A stretch of 48,415 nt of DNA from a virus. A program made the position numbers and the translations under genes. The DNA is taken from IMG/VR virus record IMGVR_UViG_3300045988_036789, positions 1-48,415 of that record. One strand, written 5' to 3'. The stretch's first letter is position 1. Every line of letters starts with the position of its first letter. Positions 42,545 to 48,415 of this stretch are shown here, piece by piece. The notes beneath the pieces are model-generated. The model had not been told where the DNA came from and searched no databases. It worked only from the letters and a program-made list of their open reading frames with translations.

Positions 42545-42593
42545 TAACTACACGGGCGGCGCTGCTGCCGCCCAGAAAGAATGGTGATAATAT

Positions 42594-42827
42594 ATGGGAA
42601 AATCTTATAATAGACGTTTCAGAAAGAACGGGCTTTCATTCATGGTGCAGGACACGCACCCAGCAGACCGCAAAAGTGATACTGATAAATACTATCTGAC
42701 GGTAAACAAAGGCGGCATATACAAGATTGTGTACGACAATATCACATGGGAAATACCAAAGTTTCCAACTATACACGCAGCCCAGTTCTGGGCGCTTACC
42801 AGTTCTGATTTTATCGGCACAATGTAG
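42594..42827 (+). CDS. hypothetical protein (77 aa)
   Basis: ORF track; same operon. Confidence 0.55.
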   Translation: MGKSYNRRFRKNGLSFMVQDTHPADRKSDTDKYYLTVNKGGIYKIVYDNITWEIPKFPTIHAAQFWALTSSDFIGTM

Positions 42828-42833
42828 GGGGGT

Positions 42834-43148
42834 GTGAATATGTCTGATATAATTACTTGCAGCAAGTGTGGCGGCTCCGGTAAATTCATTTACAAATCCG
42901 GTGTGACCGGGCATTGCTACCAGTGCAACGGCAAAGGTGCTGTGAAGCGCATTGCTCACAAATCCTTTGCAATATCCATTATGAACAATGATGGGGTCCG
43001 CATTGACTGGCTGCATATAAGCGCCAGAAGTCAAAATGAAGCCATCAGAAAAGCCCGTGTTACTGCTGCCCGTGGCTGCTATAAAGACCAGCTGGACACA
43101 ATCACTGCAACTGAAAGTGGGATTGAGTACACATATAAAACAATATAA
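42834..43148 (+). CDS. DnaJ-type zinc-finger-like protein (104 aa)
   Basis: CSKCGGSG...CYQCNGKG (CxxCxGxG twice). Confidence 0.55.
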   Translation: MNMSDIITCSKCGGSGKFIYKSGVTGHCYQCNGKGAVKRIAHKSFAISIMNNDGVRIDWLHISARSQNEAIRKARVTAARGCYKDQLDTITATESGIEYTYKTI

Positions 43149-43171
43149 CGCCGTATTTGCCCCGTAAACGC

Positions 43172-43216
43172 AAAAAGACCGCAAGTGGTGTATTTCTCCA
43201 CTTACGGTCTTTTCTT
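43172..43216. terminator. bidirectional intrinsic terminator between the plus-strand operon and the lysis genes
   Basis: AGACCGCAAGTGG-9 nt-CCACTTACGGTCT flanked by an A-run and a T-run. Confidence 0.6.
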
Positions 43217-43251
43217 CTCATTCTGGCTTATTCTGCAAAGCGTCAGCGGCA

Positions 43252-43839
43252 TTATTTAAAGTCTGCCAGCGTGTTTCCCTCTTCGTCAACAATCTTCGTG
43301 ACTTCTGCTGCCATCTTCTCTGCTTCTTCCTTTGTCACGCTCCCGGTAATGTTCCCGGCTGCGTCATAAAGGTTCACTGTGCCGTCTGCGTTGGTTTCTG
43401 TTGCACCCTCCGGCACATTGTCTGTGGCAATAGCCACTTTCTCTGTTGTTGTCACTGGTGCCGTTGTGTTAATCACTACCGTTGCAGCTGGTGTGGCTGT
43501 GAGTGCTTCCAGCGGTTCTGCGGTGTTGCTTTCTTTCTCTCCGGCTTTCATGGCATTGTATGCCGCCTGCGCAATAGCTTTCAGCTGGTCTTCTGTGACA
43601 TTCAGCCCGGCTTCATCAGCAATCTTCTTCAACTGCTCCACAACTGCTGCCATCTTCTCTTCCCCGGTCTTATCCTTTTTGAACTCTTTTGCCCATTCCA
43701 CAAACTTTGCTGCCCACTCTGACAATTCGCCCAGCTTGTCTGTTACAGTCTTTGGAATGTTTGGGCAAACGTACTTTCCAATCAAGAACGCCCCCAGTGT
43801 TACGGCAAAATATACGGCTGCATAAATTACATTATCCAT
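43252..43839 (-). CDS. holin-like protein (LL-H family-like)
   Basis: Single N-terminal TM segment plus a long helical tail. Immediately downstream of the endolysin. Confidence 0.5.
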   Translation of the reverse strand: MDNVIYAAVYFAVTLGAFLIGKYVCPNIPKTVTDKLGELSEWAAKFVEWAKEFKKDKTGEEKMAAVVEQLKKIADEAGLNVTEDQLKAIAQAAYNAMKAGEKESNTAEPLEALTATPAATVVINTTAPVTTTEKVAIATDNVPEGATETNADGTVNLYDAAGNITGSVTKEEAEKMAAEVTKIVDEEGNTLADFK

Positions 43840-43858
43840 TGTTTTTTCCTCCTGTTGA

Positions 43859-45277
43859 TTATGCAGGCAGCTTCAATGTCTGCCCAGCGTAAATGGTGTT
43901 ACTTGTAAGACCGTTCATGGTCTTAATTTCATTGTATCTGGAACCGTCGCCCAGCTGCTTTGCTGCGATTGCCCAAAGGCTGTCACCGCTCTTTACGGTG
44001 TATGTACGCACGCCGCTTCCCGGAATTTTGATTTTCTGCCCAACACTAATGACGTTAGGGTTTGCAATTCCGTTGTAGCTTGCTAACTTCTGGTATGTGG
44101 TGCCATACTTTGCAGCAATGCCAGAAAGTGTGTCACCTCTCTGCACGGTGTATACCTGTTCCCCGGCTGTTCCCTGTGCAGGCTGTGCGGGTGCCGCAGG
44201 CTTTGCAGGTTCGCTGGTTGCTTTCTTTGAGAAGTCCGGCACGCCATAACCTCTGATATAACGCCCGTTGACTTCCAGTGTTCTTCTTCCAACGGCATTG
44301 GACTTGTTGCCCTCAACAACTGTGATAGTGCTACCGTTGCAGCTTTCCACAACGCCCACATGGTCTGAACTGCCTGTGCAGTCACCAGCGCCGTTGTCGT
44401 CCCAGTCATAATAGATATAGTCGCCCGGTTCCGGCACCTTTGCGTCATTCTCGCACCAACGCCCCATCTGCTGCCACAACTTAATCTGACGGTCACAACT
44501 GCACTCCGTAGGGATAATGTCTGTGTAGCCTGCTTCAATGGCAATCTTTGAACCAAAGGTTGCACACCATGCGTCATGGTATGTCACTTTGTACCCCTGT
44601 GCTAACGGCTTGTGGTTGTTGTAGGCGTCAATGATTGCGTGGTGTGCTGCTGTACCCTCTTTCACTCCCACATACGCTGCCGCCCTTGCTGCAAATTTCT
44701 TTCTTACTTCTGATACATTCATATTGCTTGTACCTCCATTCTTTTTATTGCTAACGGCTCCGGCTGCGTACTGGTCATAGTATTTCTGCCCATATCCTGC
44801 ACGCTTTGTCTTCACCGTGTCGCTCTGGTCTGCCGGGCGCTCAAACTGTGTCAGCACTGCATTTGAAGCAGCAATGACGGTCTGTGCGCTCTTTAATACT
44901 GACAGTGTGGCTTTGTAGCCCTCTGTCAATTCTTTCATAAGGAACCCCAGCTGTGTTTCAAGGTCGCCAATAGACTTCCCGGCGGTTTTTGCATATTCCA
45001 GCAAAGCGGCTTTTCTGGTGTGGTATGTCCACTGCGCCAGCCCATAGCCTGCGCCGTCCCTTGCAAAGTTTCCATAGCTGCCGTTGTCCACGGCTGCTGT
45101 GTAGCTTGCGTCAGTGTGTCCCAGCTTCTTTTCATAGCTGTTCTGCAAGTTCTGCGGGTTCAGCCCGCTTTCTGCATATAAGTTCCCCATCAATCCGGCT
45201 GCCCCACAACTGGACAGCCCTTTTGATTTCAGAAAATTCCAAATCTTTTCTGGTGTTGTTTTTCCTATTAGTCCCAT
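43859..45277 (-). CDS. endolysin: lysozyme-like N-domain, CHAP domain and two LysM repeats
   Basis: [14 protein letters not shown] (phage-lysozyme2-like), [10 protein letters not shown]...SDHVGVVE (CHAP Cys/His), and two YTV(Q/K)(R/S)GD(T/S)L...G(Q)(K/T)(I/L)K(I/L)P LysM motifs. Confidence 0.85.
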   Translation of the reverse strand: MGLIGKTTPEKIWNFLKSKGLSSCGAAGLMGNLYAESGLNPQNLQNSYEKKLGHTDASYTAAVDNGSYGNFARDGAGYGLAQWTYHTRKAALLEYAKTAGKSIGDLETQLGFLMKELTEGYKATLSVLKSAQTVIAASNAVLTQFERPADQSDTVKTKRAGYGQKYYDQYAAGAVSNKKNGGTSNMNVSEVRKKFAARAAAYVGVKEGTAAHHAIIDAYNNHKPLAQGYKVTYHDAWCATFGSKIAIEAGYTDIIPTECSCDRQIKLWQQMGRWCENDAKVPEPGDYIYYDWDDNGAGDCTGSSDHVGVVESCNGSTITVVEGNKSNAVGRRTLEVNGRYIRGYGVPDFSKKATSEPAKPAAPAQPAQGTAGEQVYTVQRGDTLSGIAAKYGTTYQKLASYNGIANPNVISVGQKIKIPGSGVRTYTVKSGDSLWAIAAKQLGDGSRYNEIKTMNGLTSNTIYAGQTLKLPA

Positions 45278-45296
45278 GTCTTATACCTCCCCGGCG

Positions 45297-45680
45297 CTAC
45301 TGCGTCATACTTGAAAAGTCAGACAGCGCGCCGGACAACTCCGGGTATGCAGCTTTGATTTTCAGCAGGTTTTCTGCCTTTGCTTTCCAGCAATAGAACG
45401 CTACTGCGGCAGCAGTTACCCCGCCAACGAACGTCAAAAGGACTGATAACTGGTAAAAATCCTTTGTGACCACTACCCACACGCCCACGGCAAATGCTAT
45501 GTAGTAAGTTGCCAGAATTGAAAAGATAATGATTTTTGTTGCGCTGGTCTTTCGCTCCGGGTGTTCCTGCAACTCTTCTTTTCTCTTCTTCCTGCGCTGT
45601 CTGAAATACTGCAAATTCCATAAAAAAAGCACTGCTAATGCCAGTGCAAATCCAATGATAAAAAATATTAAACTTTTCAT
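45297..45680 (-). CDS. three-TM membrane protein, holin candidate
   Basis: Hydrophobic segments FFIIGFALALAVLFLW, IIIFSILATYYIAFAVGVWVVV and VLLTFVGGVTAAAVAFYCW. Lies upstream of the endolysin. Confidence 0.5.
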   Translation of the reverse strand: MKSLIFFIIGFALALAVLFLWNLQYFRQRRKKRKEELQEHPERKTSATKIIIFSILATYYIAFAVGVWVVVTKDFYQLSVLLTFVGGVTAAAVAFYCWKAKAENLLKIKAAYPELSGALSDFSSMTQ

Positions 45681-45698
45681 ATTGCTGTTTTGTACCTC

Positions 45699-46148
45699 CT
45701 ATGGTTCTTTCGGCTTTGACAAAGCAAAATCATTTGTGCGCATACACTCTTTGTATATTTCCAGTATGTATTCATGCGCAACATCAACTTGCCCATTAGT
45801 CAACTTGCGGTCTTTGATGTACTTGTCATACTTTGCCAGTATGTCAATGATATGGTCGAACTCTTCTTTTGTATGGCGTCTGTGATTTATGCAACTGCTC
45901 TGAAATTCCAGAATTTCCATACGCCAGCTGTCAACCTTGTGGTCTGTAAAGTCTTTTTGCAGCTGGTCCAGTTGTTCTTTCATGTCGTGGTTCATAAGAT
46001 TTCCCAGCTGTTTAATCAACCAACGCACGGGCTGTACTTTAATTCCCGGCGTTATGTCAATAACAATCCCAATTCCCGCAAGCCATACAATAGCTTTCTG
46101 TACCATTTCCCAGACGTCCGCTGGGTTAAGCGTCTGTATTGCTTCCAC
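45699..46148 (-). CDS. hypothetical protein with N-terminal TM segment
   Basis: ORF track; lies between the RT gene and the lysis genes. Confidence 0.5.
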   Translation of the reverse strand: MEAIQTLNPADVWEMVQKAIVWLAGIGIVIDITPGIKVQPVRWLIKQLGNLMNHDMKEQLDQLQKDFTDHKVDSWRMEILEFQSSCINHRRHTKEEFDHIIDILAKYDKYIKDRKLTNGQVDVAHEYILEIYKECMRTNDFALSKPKEP

Positions 46149-47340
46149 TGTCCGTCACCTCCTTTTCTTCTGGCTGCTTGATATAATCATCAGTGCTGCC
46201 GTAATATCCGCAGAATAGACCGCATTTGCTGGCTGTCTTCTTCTCCGGTTCTGGATATGGCTTGCCCATTTCCTGCAAGTACAGTTCGTTTAGACTCTGG
46301 CGCATACCGTAGCTGTTGAAATGCTGTAATATGCCCCGATATGAAGCAACGGACCTATCCAGTGTATCTTTGTCAATCTCTCCTGCGTGATATGCTGCAA
46401 ACATATATTTCAATCTACGTTTCAGCTTCTTTGCCGTCTTCTTACGCAATTTTATGTGTGTTGACCAAATGCGGAAGCCTACAAACTCAATGCCCATGCT
46501 GGTTGGTCTTATGCAAGTTTTCTTGTTAAGCTGCAAATGCAGCTTGCTTCCCAGAAAGTCCGCAATTTTGTTCTTTATCTTTTCCAGATACTTTTTGTCT
46601 GGGTGTAAAATAATAATGTCGTCCATATAGCGTATGTAATAATGCAGGTGCAGTTTGTGTTTGCAGAACTGGTCAAGTTCATTTAAGTACAAATTTGCAA
46701 ACATTTGTGAAGTCAGATTGCCAATAGGCAGCCCAACTTCTCCCAGCAATTCATCAAACGCCACGTCGCCAATGTCGGCACCCAGCGGCAGACCAAAGTT
46801 TGTGTCTTCGCAGTTTATTATTACTGACAAGACGTGCAACAAATCTTCATCAGCAATCTTCTTCCGCAAAATACCCATCAATACTTCATGGTCTATCCGG
46901 TAAAAATACTTTGCAATATCCAGTTTTAAATAATAGAAACGCTGCGGCTTCCGGTCAGTCTGCTTCAACCAATCATGCAGGCGGTTGACTGCTTTGTGTG
47001 TTCCCCTGCCTACTCTGCAAGCGTAGCTGTCAGAAATGAACTGCTTTTCAAAATATGGGTTCAGCTGGCTATATATAGCGTGCTGCGCCACCCGGTCTTT
47101 GAAAGTGAGTGACATAATCATGCGCTTTTTCGGCTCATAAACATAAAATATGTTGTAGCGCCCCACGGTGTAGGTCTGCCAGATAAATTCATTCTGTAAT
47201 TCAATCAAGTTTTCTTCCAGCTTATCCGTGTACGCCATCACATCTGGTCTGTACCTCTTGCACTTTATCCCGGCTTTGTACGCATTGAAAAGATTTTCAA
47301 AGTCGTAAATCATAGGGAAAATGTTTTTGATTTTGTGCAA
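46126..47340 (-). CDS. DGR reverse transcriptase
   Basis: YIRYMDDIIIL (YxDD), LPIGNLTSQMFANLYL (DGR-type I/LGxxxSQ), N-terminus FENLFNAYKAGIKCKRYRPD. Start uncertain: TTG 47340 after GGAGGG, or ORF-track 47379, or ATG 47313. Confidence 0.9.
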   Translation of the reverse strand: MHKIKNIFPMIYDFENLFNAYKAGIKCKRYRPDVMAYTDKLEENLIELQNEFIWQTYTVGRYNIFYVYEPKKRMIMSLTFKDRVAQHAIYSQLNPYFEKQFISDSYACRVGRGTHKAVNRLHDWLKQTDRKPQRFYYLKLDIAKYFYRIDHEVLMGILRKKIADEDLLHVLSVIINCEDTNFGLPLGADIGDVAFDELLGEVGLPIGNLTSQMFANLYLNELDQFCKHKLHLHYYIRYMDDIIILHPDKKYLEKIKNKIADFLGSKLHLQLNKKTCIRPTSMGIEFVGFRIWSTHIKLRKKTAKKLKRRLKYMFAAYHAGEIDKDTLDRSVASYRGILQHFNSYGMRQSLNELYLQEMGKPYPEPEKKTASKCGLFCGYYGSTDDYIKQPEEKEVTDSGSNTDA

Positions 47341-47601
47341 TTCCCTTTTCCCTCCTGTTGTTAAAATTTCGCCGTACAAATCAAACTGCGGTTCTTCCGC
47401 AGCCCAAACGTGATATATACATTCAGTGCCAGTGTTTCCGGCTCTGACTTTCAGCCTGTGGCTTACTAACTATCTTTACGGCAATTCAATATTTTTCCTA
47501 CGGCTCCCGGCTGGCAGCCTTTGGAATGGAAATAAACCCCTTTAACCCAAATGCACTGGACGTGTCCACTTGTGGGCACGACTACGGGCAAATATGGGGT
47601 G

Positions 47602-47715
47602 AAGCGGAACGGAACGAAACGTTGTTGTTGACGTTAGAACGGGGGTTGTTCAAGTTCAGCGCACCAGCACCACCGTTGGAAGTGTTGTTGAAACTCGAAC
47701 CCCGGATAGGCACGG
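47602..47715 (-). repeat. DGR template repeat (TR)
   Basis: 114 nt. The coding-sense strand has 23 A, including 10 AAC codons. It aligns to VR1 and VR2 with adenine-specific mismatches. Confidence 0.9.
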
Positions 47716-47769
47716 CAAGTCCTCTATTAACGGCTTATTCCCATAATATAAAAAGCAGGTGTTACCCTG

Positions 47770-48213
47770 CTATTTACCATCTTTCTTCTTTGTGGTTTCA
47801 CTGCCGTTTATTGAGTTGAAATAACCGCCTATCATGCGTCCTATTTCATTTATTTTTCTTGACATTATTTCATACTTTTTCATTGGCAAACATGGTTTCT
47901 TGCTTCTTGTATATTCTGGGTCAGCTGCAAGCCTTACCAAATGTCTTAATGTATCAACTTCGTTGTCAAGTTCTCCCAGCGTCGTTTTCTTGTAATGTTT
48001 GTTTTCAAGCGCCACAACCAGACGCAGGACATCAAGCATTGAACTGTCAATTTTCTTTGCAAGTTCTCTTTTCGCTCTCGGAAATTCTTCAAGCTGTGGT
48101 CCTGCATATAATAACAATTCATATACTTTATTTTTCATTTTGAAGTCTTCCTGCGTCGCATTGTCCTGCACATTGTCCAGCTGTGGCATTTGCTCTGCTG
48201 TGTTTTCCGGCAT
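47770..48213 (-). CDS. avd: DGR accessory variability determinant (Avd-like)
   Basis: 147-aa basic helical protein (YELLLYAGPQLEEFPRAKRELAKKIDSSMLDVLRLVVALENK). Located between the target gene and the TR. Confidence 0.75.
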   Translation of the reverse strand: MPENTAEQMPQLDNVQDNATQEDFKMKNKVYELLLYAGPQLEEFPRAKRELAKKIDSSMLDVLRLVVALENKHYKKTTLGELDNEVDTLRHLVRLAADPEYTRSKKPCLPMKKYEIMSRKINEIGRMIGGYFNSINGSETTKKKDGK

Positions 48214-48245
48214 TTTTATTCCACCTTTGTTGTATTTTCAAAATA

Positions 48246-48267
48246 GGGGCTTACTGCCGTAAGCCCC
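48246..48267 (-). terminator. 9-bp-stem, 4-nt-loop hairpin downstream of VR2 (terminator and/or DGR target-recognition hairpin)
   Basis: GGGGCTTAC-tgcc-GTAAGCCCC, 37 nt past the VR2 3' end. On the minus strand it is followed by TATTTTG. Confidence 0.6.
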
Positions 48268-48293
48268 ACAGTATAACAGTTCCCAGTTTCCAG

Positions 48294-48415
48294 TTATTCC
48301 ACAAAAGCGGAACGGAACGAAACGTTGTAGTCGACGAAAGAACGGGGGTTGCGCAAGTGCAGCGCACCAGCACCACCGCCGGAAGTGTCGTGGAAACACG
48401 AACCCCGGAAAGGCA
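48294..48415 (-). CDS. 3' end of DGR target protein 2 (continues from 1..986 across the circular junction)
   Basis: Reading frame is continuous: ...GAGALHLRNPRSFVDYNVSFRSAFVE, stop TAA at 48296..48294. 48361..48415 duplicates 1..55. Confidence 0.85.
   Translation of the reverse strand, partial: PFRGSCFHDTSGGGAGALHLRNPRSFVDYNVSFRSAFVE
48305..48415 (-). repeat. DGR variable repeat VR2
   Basis: 111-nt alignment to the TR has 13 mismatches, all at TR adenines. Confidence 0.9.

Larger units (their letters stand above)
1..48415. mobile_element. Complete temperate myovirus-type phage genome, circularly closed (unique length 48,360 bp)
   Basis: Complete packaging, head, contractile tail, lysis, lysogeny and replication modules. 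1..55 is identical to 48361..48415 and a CDS is continuous across the junction. Confidence 0.85.

Noticed and set aside
42636-43184. Minus-strand ORF of 182 aa opposite the plus-strand accessory operon.
   Set aside because: It has no RBS and spans two plus-strand genes that have RBSs, a strong upstream promoter and a downstream terminator. The translation is Cys/Phe-rich and atypical.
44083-44577. Minus-strand alternative-frame ORF (164 aa) inside the endolysin gene.
   Set aside because: It is nested out of frame in a CDS with clear CHAP and LysM motifs. There is no independent start signal.
47526-47819. Plus-strand ORF (97 aa) covering the TR.
   Set aside because: It lies opposite the non-coding DGR TR/spacer RNA region and the avd 3' end. 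No RBS. The TR is defined by its alignment to the VRs on the other strand.

Overview
The window is a complete, circularly closed genome of a temperate contractile-tailed phage. Positions 1..55 are identical to 48361..48415, so the unique length is 48,360 bp, and one CDS reads through the junction. Almost all genes are on the minus strand. They comprise a P2-like tail/baseplate module (1.0-14.8 kb), a lambda-like head and packaging module (14.8-23.0 kb), a late-regulator region, an orphan C5 DNA methyltransferase and ParA/ParB. They also include an early/replication block (27.5-35.3 kb: HD hydrolase, VRR-NUC, ASCH, SLT transglycosylase, HUH rolling-circle Rep), small early genes (39.9-42.1 kb) and a lysis cassette (43.2-46.1 kb). 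The plus strand carries only the lysogeny module (XRE repressor, large serine recombinase) and a three-gene accessory operon (42.2-43.1 kb). The main finding is a complete diversity-generating retroelement (target-avd-TR-RT, 46.1-48.4 kb plus 1-986). It has two variable repeats: VR2 in a tail-distal FGE/C-type-lectin-fold protein that spans the circular junction, and VR1 about 12 kb away in a paralogous gene (35529..36551) in the early region next to the immunity switch. Of 29 TR/VR mismatches, 28 fall on TR adenines. I also found regulatory structure that the gene calls do not explain. (1) An 18-bp palindromic operator sits inside three copies of one promoter module and occurs at 8 sites in total. 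(2) Two late-promoter-like units each have phased 10-bp repeats and a leader terminator. (3) A 19-bp parS-like sequence occurs three times. (4) A 14-nt leader motif is shared by parA, the remote DGR target and the int upstream region, and a candidate antisense sRNA covers the int copy. (5) There is a 107-nt tRNA-like gene with no recognisable anticodon loop. (6) The tail chaperone has a clean -1 frameshift site. All protein family calls come from motif recognition by eye; no database search was run.
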